A stretch of DNA of 30,141 nucleotides from an uncultured Gammaproteobacteria bacterium. GTDB taxonomy: Bacteria; Patescibacteriota; Patescibacteriia; Magasanikbacterales; GCA-002688135. The position numbers were made by a program, and so were the translations under genes. Location: contig CAYVCS010000127.1 in assembly GCA_964450455.1 (NCBI GenBank), positions 1 to 30,141 on the forward strand, read 5' to 3'. Shown here piece by piece: positions 22,611 to 30,141 of the stretch; positions within the stretch are counted from its first letter, which is position 1, and every line of letters begins with the position of its first letter. The notes under the pieces are model-generated. The model saw only the letters and a program-made list of their open reading frames with translations, searched no databases and was not told where the DNA came from.

Positions 22611-24745
22611 ATTTTTTTACGTTTCAAACATTTCAAATTTGTCAAACCAAGAGATGCGAAAATAAATAGGAACGGCTCAATAGGATATCTAAAACGAGCA
22701 TAGCTTCCAAGACCTGAACCTATCCAAAAAAACGAAATTATCAATAATAAATAAAATGAAATTAGACGCGTTTTTGTATCAAGCAATCCTTTCACTAAAC
22801 CCCACAGCGCCAGAGTTGAAAATATCGCATACACAATTTTCGCAACAATAAATATTCCTGCACCTGTTTCATTATACATACGAACCAAATTCAAAAGTCC
22901 CTGCAATCCGCCAGACCATGTCTTATCAAATGCTCCTAATTCAAATTTTGGATTAAGAGAACGAATAATCGTAAACCATCCATCAGAGAAAAAAAACGGA
23001 ATTCCGCTCATCAAGGCAATGTGCGCTACAATGAGTGGATCTGAAACAACCATATCAATAGCTGTGTTCAACATAAAATGCGTATTGTCTTCTATAAAAA
23101 GTGGCATGGAGCCATATTTCTCACTAACACTTTGATGATATTTTATTCCAACATACGCTTCCACATATTTTCCGATAACTCCGCGCACAGCAAACGATGG
23201 TCCATAGGAAAAACTATCAAATACAATTTTATTTCGTACAAACCACGGTGAAATAACTAAAAATCCAATTGCCAATCCCGTAATAAAATATCTGCAACCT
23301 AATATGATTCCCTGACGCATAGTTGCCACACACGACAGTAGCGGTATCAGAAAAAGTAATGGATAAGAAACCTGACGAATCAACGTCGCAATTCCAAGAA
23401 TAAAAATTGACCAGAAATATACATGAAATTTTTTGTCATACAACCAAACGCATATACCATATATTGAAATAAACAACAAAAACGTAAACATAGATTCAGT
23501 TATGAGCTGAAGTGGCCAATAGATCATATTTGGTTCAAAGGCAACAAATCCTGCTGAAATAATTGCAACTGATTTATTAAAAAAACGTTGGGCAAATTTG
23601 AATACTACTAAAATTAATACAACACTACACAAAATTTGAAATAAAACAGCAAAAATATATACACCAGACCCGGCTCCGAACACTAATAAGATAAGCGGAT
23701 ACAGAGGGACACGAAAATTATTTGGTGAAAATGGTGGTTCTGAACTCAAAGAAAATTGCCCATTGTGAAGAATATTCTTCGCAAGCGTAACATATTCTAG
23801 CGCATCACCATTTGGTCCAAACACAAAACCATTTTGACCCATCGTCAGCAAAATGCCAAAAAAAAGAGCCAAACGCAACAATAATCCGAGAGTAAGAATA
23901 ATTCGCAATTGTAAAGGAATGCGTTTCCATGTCGCTCCTATAAGCGCTTTCCATTTTGTGACATCCCAAGCCATTTTTAGATTATACACCACAAAACGCA
24001 TATGATAACGAAACGGCAACACCTGCGAATTTTTGAAGCGTATTTGCAACCATAGTGCTGAACACAAAACTTTTACAGCCCGAACACTATTTTTGACCAT
24101 ACCCTTCAAAAAATATCTCCACTTCACATGTTCTATTTTTTCTATAAATTTATTTCTGCTTAACGAAAGATAATATGCATCTTTTTGTGCGCACACCGCA
24201 AGATCCGGCCAATGTGCGTATAATTCCCCCTTCAATTCTATTTTCTGAATATGCGATGGAATTATAAATGATTCATGTACGAAAGAATCGGGCTTAAAAT
24301 GAACACCCGATTGACGATTAATTAGCCGATCACACCAGTCTGGATAATAATAAGCGTGCTCAATTTTTTTTCCTTCAACAATTGCTCTACGCTTAAATCT
24401 CCCCACTGTGTTTGCATTGTTTATGGTCACTAATTTTTGAATTGATGTTTGTAGTTCTTCTTCACAATATTCATCAGAATCAACATAAAAAATCCAATCA
24501 TGTTTCGCGTAACTAAATGATTTAATTCGCATCTCTGTAAAGTTCTCAATTTTTATGTTTAACTCTGCCGCTTCACGTTGTGGATATACGCGCGCGCCAT
24601 ACTCCTTTGCAATTGCACGTGTTGCATCAGTACTATTTCCATCCAATATCACAATATCATCACAAAAAGAAACAGAATCCAAACATTTTCGCAGTGTTTT
24701 TTCCGAGTTTAAAGTAAGAATAGCAACCGAACAAGCCAATTTCAT
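22607..24745 (-). CDS. Fusion: GT2 (WaaE/LgtF-like beta-glycosyltransferase) + ArnT/PMT-like GT-C (GT39/GT83-like)
   Basis: aa 1-~270 AILTLNSE, LDGNSTDAT, WIFYVDSDE, VHE; then GDALEYVTLAKNI, RVPLYP, ITESMFTFL, LIRQ, PWFVRN, YARFRYPIEPFL with many TM helices. Confidence 0.82.
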   Translation of the reverse strand: MKLACSVAILTLNSEKTLRKCLDSVSFCDDIVILDGNSTDATRAIAKEYGARVYPQREAAELNIKIENFTEMRIKSFSYAKHDWIFYVDSDEYCEEELQTSIQKLVTINNANTVGRFKRRAIVEGKKIEHAYYYPDWCDRLINRQSGVHFKPDSFVHESFIIPSHIQKIELKGELYAHWPDLAVCAQKDAYYLSLSRNKFIEKIEHVKWRYFLKGMVKNSVRAVKVLCSALWLQIRFKNSQVLPFRYHMRFVVYNLKMAWDVTKWKALIGATWKRIPLQLRIILTLGLLLRLALFFGILLTMGQNGFVFGPNGDALEYVTLAKNILHNGQFSLSSEPPFSPNNFRVPLYPLILLVFGAGSGVYIFAVLFQILCSVVLILVVFKFAQRFFNKSVAIISAGFVAFEPNMIYWPLQLITESMFTFLLFISIYGICVWLYDKKFHVYFWSIFILGIATLIRQVSYPLLFLIPLLSCVATMRQGIILGCRYFITGLAIGFLVISPWFVRNKIVFDSFSYGPSFAVRGVIGKYVEAYVGIKYHQSVSEKYGSMPLFIEDNTHFMLNTAIDMVVSDPLIVAHIALMSGIPFFFSDGWFTIIRSLNPKFELGAFDKTWSGGLQGLLNLVRMYNETGAGIFIVAKIVYAIFSTLALWGLVKGLLDTKTRLISFYLLLIISFFWIGSGLGSYARFRYPIEPFLFIFASLGLTNLKCLKRKKI

Positions 24746-24764
24746 AGGTATTGTGTAAATGTAT

Positions 24765-24783
24765 ATAGGTGTCTGACACCTAT
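24765..24783. repeat. 19-bp odd palindrome ATAGGTGTC-T-GACACCTAT
   Basis: Perfect 9-bp arms around one central base, in the 37-bp gap between two GT genes. Confidence 0.75.
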
Positions 24784-25484
24784 TAGGAGTTTTTGTTGAG
24801 GTTAAAATAGATGATACACCATATCGCTTTGATTCCGTCTTTCCATCCTATTTTTTTCCCTTCTTCATATGTTCGTCCTTTATATGAAATTCCTACTTCA
24901 TATACGCGTGAACGCGCTCTCGCGACGCGAGCTGTTATTTCTGGTTCAAAACCAAAACGGTCAGATTTCAAATTCGGAACAATTTTTTTGATAACGTCAG
25001 CGCGAAAAACTTTGTAACACGTTTCCATATCAGTGAGGTTCAAATTGGTGAACATATTTGAAAGCATCGTCAAAAACTTATTTCCAATAGAATGCCAAAA
25101 ATATAACACGCGATGCGCGTCAGACCCGACAAATCGCGAACCATATACCACATCTGCCTCGTTATCAAGAATAGGTTTTAAAAGACGTGGATATTCTTGT
25201 GGGTCATATTCAAGATCAGCGTCTTGAATCAATATAATGTCGCCAGTTGCTTTTTCAAATCCACGACGAAGCGCCGCGCCTTTACCACCGTTATGCGACA
25301 TATATTCTATCACTATATTACTATCCGCTAGGGAGCGTAAAATTTCTCGTGTTCCGTCAGTTGAGCAATCATCAACAATAATAATTTCACGAGTCAATAA
25401 AATTGGACTCGCTTGCACGCGAGCAACAATTTCGCGAATTGTATTTTGTTCATTAAAACAAGGAATGATAATGGATAATTTCAT
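24783..25484 (-). CDS. GT2 polyprenol-phosphate mannose synthase (DPM1)-like
   Basis: [65 protein letters not shown]. Start is 25484 (MKLSII) or 25496. Confidence 0.92.
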   Translation of the reverse strand: MKLSIIIPCFNEQNTIREIVARVQASPILLTREIIIVDDCSTDGTREILRSLADSNIVIEYMSHNGGKGAALRRGFEKATGDIILIQDADLEYDPQEYPRLLKPILDNEADVVYGSRFVGSDAHRVLYFWHSIGNKFLTMLSNMFTNLNLTDMETCYKVFRADVIKKIVPNLKSDRFGFEPEITARVARARSRVYEVGISYKGRTYEEGKKIGWKDGIKAIWCIIYFNLNKNS

Positions 25485-25521
25485 ATCAATGTGCATATTG
25501 TTATGAGAAATTAATGGTTAG

Positions 25522-25550
25522 AGTATAGCAACTCAATAACTGTTTTACAA
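25522..25550 (-). promoter_or_regulatory. Internal sigma70-type promoter (extended -10) for the GT2 genes
   Basis: TTGTAA (25545-25550), 17 bp ending in TGC, TATACT (25522-25527). Confidence 0.65.
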
Positions 25551-25551
25551 T

Positions 25552-26658
25552 TCATGTAGAAACATGTGATTGCCATACAGAAAACATCTGTTCATAAGTT
25601 GTTTCTGCAGATGGTAGTTTTAAAAATGTCGCACGCGCTGACTTCTCTAAACGCGCTTTCAATTCTGGATGTGAGTACAGAGAAATCACAGCTCGCACAA
25701 GCGCGCTCACATCATCTATCGGAATTATCAAACCATTGTGTTCATGGATTAACACTTCGCCAGCTAATCCGACATCTGTCATTACAACTACTTTTGAAAA
25801 ACCCATAGCTTCAATCGCAACTCTTCCCCATCCTTCTGTACATGACGGAATTACCACAACATCTGCGTCTCTATAATAAGGCGTAACATCTTTTTGATGA
25901 CCAACAAGCGTAATTGATTCTCGCACTCCTAAACTTTTAGCGTTCGCGCGAATTTCTGCTGACTCACTACCTTCGCCTACTATGGTAACATGCGCGTGGG
26001 GAATAGTTCCTAATATATAGGGCAAAGCACGAGCAATGAGCGCTACATTTTTTTCTTTGGACAATCGCGCAACACATACAATGTTAAACGCGTCGGAATT
26101 CAAAACACGAGCACGAGTTTTCTCTTCATATATGTTGGTAGAGGAAATGGGAATTACATACATACGTTTCTCATCAAATCCACGTTGTATTAATGACTGT
26201 TTGATGCGATGTGAAACAACACGAATTGCGTGCGCGCGACGAAGAATGAAAATTCCAAAAAAACAACGCAGAGAATTCCACCATGACATTCGTCTAAAAT
26301 ACTCATTACCAAAAAAATCTCCATGCAATTGAACCTCTAACTTAGCTCGTGCGCGACGAGAAATTAAAAAACCTAACAATCCGCTTTCAAAAGGATCTTG
26401 TACGCTTACAAGATTGATATGTCTCTCATGTATCCACCGACATCCCAATATATACGCTTTTATAAAACGAACAATTCGCCATCCATCAAATCCGGTTGCG
26501 TAAAACGGTTCTAAAATACTAGGCAGATGCGTTTTCGTCATTACTAATATTGACAAGGTAAAAAGCTGGGTAGCATATGAGCTCATCCTACGATGCGAAT
26601 CAGAATTTTTGGATAGAATAGTTGAGTCCAAACTTATAAGTAGTAGATTGATATTCAT
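25552..26658 (-). CDS. Glycosyltransferase family 4
   Basis: VQDPFESG, QLHGD, VARLSKEKN, GEGSE, EGWGRVAIEAM (EX7E), MTDVG. Confidence 0.93.
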   Translation of the reverse strand: MNINLLLISLDSTILSKNSDSHRRMSSYATQLFTLSILVMTKTHLPSILEPFYATGFDGWRIVRFIKAYILGCRWIHERHINLVSVQDPFESGLLGFLISRRARAKLEVQLHGDFFGNEYFRRMSWWNSLRCFFGIFILRRAHAIRVVSHRIKQSLIQRGFDEKRMYVIPISSTNIYEEKTRARVLNSDAFNIVCVARLSKEKNVALIARALPYILGTIPHAHVTIVGEGSESAEIRANAKSLGVRESITLVGHQKDVTPYYRDADVVVIPSCTEGWGRVAIEAMGFSKVVVMTDVGLAGEVLIHEHNGLIIPIDDVSALVRAVISLYSHPELKARLEKSARATFLKLPSAETTYEQMFSVWQSHVST

Positions 26659-26670
26659 AGAATATACGAA

Positions 26671-28929
26671 CTACCTTCCAATATATTCAAATAATTCAAA
26701 CGTTTCATCCATCATTCTACTACGTGAAAAACGATCCGAACGTTCCTCGCCAGCACGCGCGAACATTTCTGCAATATCTGTTTCTGTCAACAACATCCGA
26801 ATGGATTTTTGCAATAACGCATAGTCGTGAAGTGGAACCAACAATCCGTTTTTTTTGTGTTCAATGACTTCACTGTTTCCGGGAATTGCTGACGCTACTG
26901 TTGGCAAACCAGAATATTGCGCCTCAATTAAGACATGCGATAATCCTTCATATTCACTAAACAAGACAAAGACGTTCGCATGTTTCATTGCCCATGCAAC
27001 TTGGGTCTGTGGACGAGCGCCAAAAAAATGTACCTGCGAAGATACGTCTAATTCTTTGACCAATTTTTGTAGTTCCTGCAATTCAGGTCCATCACCAATA
27101 ATAACCAGCGAAACATCTGTGATATCTTTTTGTAACTCACGTATGGTATGTACAAGTGTTAGAAGTCCCTTCCATTCCACAAGCCGTCCCACATACAGTA
27201 TGATTTTTCCCGTTGGCCATCCGTCAATTTCGGACATTGAATCGGAAAAATGGACAGCATTATAAATAAGACGAATTTTAGTGAGTGGAATTCCCCAACC
27301 CGCAATGATTCCTCTCAAATAATTACTTGGTGTAATCACTGCGTATGCTCCTCGTATCACCAGTCGTGATATAATGCGTATTAATTCAATTTTAAAATTA
27401 TATCGTTTGGTTTGAAATACTTCCAAAGAATCTTTGCATGCATGTTGGTCGCGAGCGCTCTCCCACGCAGGATCGCCGACAACTTTGATGAGCAATGGTT
27501 TATTCAATAATTTACTCACGATATATGCAGGCAATCCAACACAAAAAGAATCTTGAGCATAGATGAGATCATATTGCGAAGCAATATCCCACAGTGCCAT
27601 AAAATAACGAACATAACGCTGTATGACATTCCCATGTCTTGAAACACAATACAGCAGAATACCTTGAGGAGGCACTGAAACTGCTCTGTCGCCATACGTC
27701 AAAATTGCAACATCATACATTCTATCTCTACATTCTGACGCGAGTGACGCAACATATGTTGCGGGGCCTCCCGGATGAGGCGGATAAATGCCTGTTGCAA
27801 ATAAAATTCTAGGCACATTTATTTTGGTATAGATATCTCTGTATGCTTTCGCAATAGTATTCCAGTCAAATTGTTCAACAAATTGTTTTCCATTGTCTAT
27901 ACATCTATCCCGCAGTTCAACATCTTTCAACATTCGCGTTATGGATGACGCAAGATTATTTATATTTTTTGTTTCAAAAAGAAGTCCTGTGTGCTCATGA
28001 CTCACGACATCAGGAATTCCACCCACATTACTAGCTACAATTGGAACACGTAGCGCTAACGCTTCAAGCGCCGCAATTCCCAATCCCTCGCCATGCGACG
28101 GAAGAACGGCGCATGTTGCGCGCGCAAGTTCACTCATTGCTTGTAGATGAGGCAACTTTCCGCACAATACTACAAATTCTTGTAATTGCAACCGTTCAAT
28201 TTCTTGTTCTATCTCATGTCGCTCATTGCCATCGCCAATCAATTTTAATTGAGCTTCAGGAAACTCCTTATGGACAAGCGCAAACGCTCGAACTAAATCC
28301 ATCACTCCTTTTTCATATGAAAGTCGAGCAACACAAACAATAACAATTTTTTTTGTTTTTTCCGTAATCTGTTCAGCGAGATATTTTAATTTTCCAAGCG
28401 GAACGCCATTTGGAATAACTTGAACATGAGTAGCTCCAAGTGTAATCGCGCGAGAAGACAAAAAATTACTAATCGCGATGACGCGATCCGGAGATGTATG
28501 AATTTTTTTCCATAACCAATGAGGAATTTTTCCAAATTTTGCTTTTTCGTCTAAATCTCCACTTTGTAATGTGAGTAATCGTCGTGGACTTGCTCCAAAA
28601 AATCCCAATAACCACAGAGCAATTCCTGCATAACTTTCCATGACAGCATGAGCAATGTCAGCATGAATTCGCATGACAGTAAACGGCGCTAATAGTGGAT
28701 ACAACCATTTATCAATTTTGTGTCCAATACCAAGACGAATAATTATATATCGTCCACGATGTTCATAACGAGGAAGATAAAATGCCAATTTTGCGGTTAT
28801 CACCGTAAATGCATGTGCATCTTTTCTCCCCAAACGATTAACAATTTGTTCAACACATGTTTCTGCTCCTGACATGAACGGATCAAAAAAAGTGGATAAA
28901 ATGGCTATGTGAAGATGTTTTTTTGGCAT
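26671..28929 (-). CDS. Tandem GT4-GT4 fusion glycosyltransferase
   Basis: Two complete GT-B units: the first with ARLSYEKG/EGLGIAALE, the second starting at RILFATGIYPPHPGGPATY with GRLVEWKG/EGLSHVLIE. Confidence 0.92.
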   Translation of the reverse strand: MPKKHLHIAILSTFFDPFMSGAETCVEQIVNRLGRKDAHAFTVITAKLAFYLPRYEHRGRYIIIRLGIGHKIDKWLYPLLAPFTVMRIHADIAHAVMESYAGIALWLLGFFGASPRRLLTLQSGDLDEKAKFGKIPHWLWKKIHTSPDRVIAISNFLSSRAITLGATHVQVIPNGVPLGKLKYLAEQITEKTKKIVIVCVARLSYEKGVMDLVRAFALVHKEFPEAQLKLIGDGNERHEIEQEIERLQLQEFVVLCGKLPHLQAMSELARATCAVLPSHGEGLGIAALEALALRVPIVASNVGGIPDVVSHEHTGLLFETKNINNLASSITRMLKDVELRDRCIDNGKQFVEQFDWNTIAKAYRDIYTKINVPRILFATGIYPPHPGGPATYVASLASECRDRMYDVAILTYGDRAVSVPPQGILLYCVSRHGNVIQRYVRYFMALWDIASQYDLIYAQDSFCVGLPAYIVSKLLNKPLLIKVVGDPAWESARDQHACKDSLEVFQTKRYNFKIELIRIISRLVIRGAYAVITPSNYLRGIIAGWGIPLTKIRLIYNAVHFSDSMSEIDGWPTGKIILYVGRLVEWKGLLTLVHTIRELQKDITDVSLVIIGDGPELQELQKLVKELDVSSQVHFFGARPQTQVAWAMKHANVFVLFSEYEGLSHVLIEAQYSGLPTVASAIPGNSEVIEHKKNGLLVPLHDYALLQKSIRMLLTETDIAEMFARAGEERSDRFSRSRMMDETFELFEYIGR

Positions 28930-28937
28930 ATACTAAG

Positions 28938-28990
28938 TTGCGCGACTGAATGATATGTTGTAGTATGGATAAAAATCACAATTAAGTCAA
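28938..28990. promoter_or_regulatory. Bidirectional promoter with overlapping -10 elements
   Basis: Plus: TTGCGC (28938-28943), 17 bp, TAGTAT (28961-28966). Minus: TTGACT (28985-28990), 17 bp, CATACT (28962-28967). Confidence 0.55.
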
Positions 28991-29020
28991 TTCTTTTTAT
29001 TGTTCAACATATTACAAAAT

Positions 29021-29971
29021 ATGAAAGTTTTAATAACAGGTTCAAGTGGTGAAATCGGAACCAATCTTGGACTCACCTTGCAAGCAAGAGGAGATACGAT
29101 ATTTGGAGTGGATAAACGTCTAAATACATGGACTGACAAAATTCCAACACTTCTTCAAGATTTATCACAGCGATTTGAAAATTACAAAGGAGGAATTGGT
29201 TCTGCTCTTTATGATACGCCTGACGTTGTTGTTCATCTAGCGGCTAATGCAAAAGTTCATGAACTCGTAGAACACCCCCAACGAGCGCTTGATAACATTA
29301 TCATCACATTTAATGTTTTAGAATATTGTCGCATAAACAATATTCCGATAATCTATGCGAGCTCTAGGGAAGTGTACGGAGATATGCATCGTTTTGAAAC
29401 AGCAGAACATACGATTAACGAACCAACTGCGAATTTTGTATTTACCGAAAGCACCTATAGCGCAAGTAAAATTGCCGGAGAATCTCTGATTTATTCGTAC
29501 GCGCAATGTTATAAACTTCCCTACATTATTTTTCGTTTTTCAAATGTGTATGGTAGATATGACAATGACCTAGCGCGCATGGAGAGAGTGATTCCTTTAT
29601 TTATTGAAAAAATAAAATCAGGAAAACCAGTCGTCATTTTCGGTAAAGAAAAAAAACTTGATTTTACGTATGTTGATGATACAGTTCAAGGAATCGTAAA
29701 AGGAATTGACGCATTAACGTCAGCACGAGTTACAAATCAAACCATCAATCTTGCCTATGGCGAAGGACGGACACTTACTGAATTGGTTTCATACATTTCA
29801 GATACTCTGAATATGCCTACGACGCCGACATACGAGGAAGCGCGACCTGGAGAAATTACTTTTTTTGTCGCAGATATAACAAAAGCAAAAGAACTTTTAG
29901 GATATGAACCAACAACGTCATTACAAGCTGGTATTAAAAAAGCAATCGCATGGCAGAGTTTAGCTTTTTAG
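29021..29971 (+). CDS. NAD-dependent NDP-sugar epimerase/dehydratase (extended SDR)
   Basis: VLITGSSGEIGTNL, HLAANA, YASSREVYG, YSASK, FRFSNVYG, DFTYVDD. ATG at 29021 preferred over the TTG at 29000. Confidence 0.92.
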   Translation: MKVLITGSSGEIGTNLGLTLQARGDTIFGVDKRLNTWTDKIPTLLQDLSQRFENYKGGIGSALYDTPDVVVHLAANAKVHELVEHPQRALDNIIITFNVLEYCRINNIPIIYASSREVYGDMHRFETAEHTINEPTANFVFTESTYSASKIAGESLIYSYAQCYKLPYIIFRFSNVYGRYDNDLARMERVIPLFIEKIKSGKPVVIFGKEKKLDFTYVDDTVQGIVKGIDALTSARVTNQTINLAYGEGRTLTELVSYISDTLNMPTTPTYEEARPGEITFFVADITKAKELLGYEPTTSLQAGIKKAIAWQSLAF

Positions 29972-30085
29972 GAAATTAGCTTTTTAGCTTATTAGGACGC
30001 ACCCTAAAAAGCTAATAAGCTAGTTCCTAATACGGGTGTCGGTCATTCGCCTAAAAAGCTAAAAAGCTAGTTCCTAAAAGGCTAA
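29960..30085. repeat. Family A octamer repeats (second locus)
   Basis: Left arms 29960-29972 and 29976-29996, 6-nt loop, right arms CCTAAAAAGCTAAWAAGCTAGTTCCTAA at 30003-30030 and 30050-30077; nearly identical to the right arms at 5311, 5390 and 5468. Confidence 0.9.
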
Positions 30086-30091
30086 AGAGGT

Positions 30092-30141
30092 ATGTCTCAA
30101 CACAAGAAAAAAATTCTTCATCTGATTACACAAGCGGAATT
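30092..30141 (+). CDS. Partial CDS at the window edge, probably a GT4 N-terminus
   Basis: ATG at 30092 gives MSQHKKKILHLITQAE..., resembling the KILxxIT(Q/K)xxxGG start of GT4 enzymes; only 16 codons visible. Confidence 0.5.
   Translation, partial: MSQHKKKILHLITQAE

Noticed and set aside
616-29506. The many 60-150 aa alternative-frame and antisense ORFs in the track (e.g. 1431-1679, 5842-6240, 6427-6876, 14536-14931, 26855-27265)
   Set aside because: All lie within well-supported genes, show no recognisable motifs or expression signals, and are expected as shadow ORFs.
1-30141. Alternative genetic code (TGA=Gly, as in Gracilibacteria/Absconditabacteria)
   Set aside because: TGA ends genes at ATGA overlaps (7819, 14447, 22607) and conserved proteins are full length under code 11.
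1-30141. Prophage, DGR, retron, transposase, tRNA or rRNA genes
   Set aside because: No reverse transcriptase, integrase, transposase or phage structural motifs, no TR/VR pair, and no cloverleaf or rRNA-like segment; intergenic space is accounted for by short gaps and repeats.

Overview
AT-rich bacterial chromosomal window in the standard genetic code (TGA acts as stop in several ATGA overlaps). Compact genes, sparse Shine-Dalgarno motifs, near-consensus sigma70 promoters with short or absent leaders and many GT2/GT4/GT-C genes suggest a CPR/Patescibacteria (Parcubacteria-like) genome; this is inference, not a database result. The left ~5 kb (all minus strand) holds a membrane/coiled-coil hypothetical protein, a malic enzyme, TatD, CvpA and an (alpha/alpha)-toroid protein. 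From 5551 to the right edge lies a surface-glycosylation locus: two NDP-sugar SDRs, two hexapeptide acyltransferases, a HAD hydrolase, a CDP-alcohol phosphotransferase, two SAM methyltransferases, a formyltransferase, a NodB-type de-N-acylase, a NUDIX hydrolase, an inverted SGNH+MBOAT (AlgJ/AlgI-like) pair, three polyprenol-phosphate GT2 domains, three GT-C-like membrane domains (two fused to GT2 domains) and several GT4s. No flippase, Wzy, ABC exporter, aminotransferase or cytidylyltransferase is visible in the window. The most unusual signal is non-coding: gene junctions carry several palindromic repeat families. Two of them (an octamer CTAANAAG family and a heptamer TCTAAAA family) form long-armed hairpins with 17-18 nt loops. 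There are also three GTCAT-tagged REP-like hairpins, a REPIN-like composite, a 24-bp tandem repeat and a 119-bp MITE-like element with a target-site duplication that supplies the stop codon of a GT-C gene. No transposase, integrase, Cas, reverse transcriptase, rRNA or tRNA gene was recognised.
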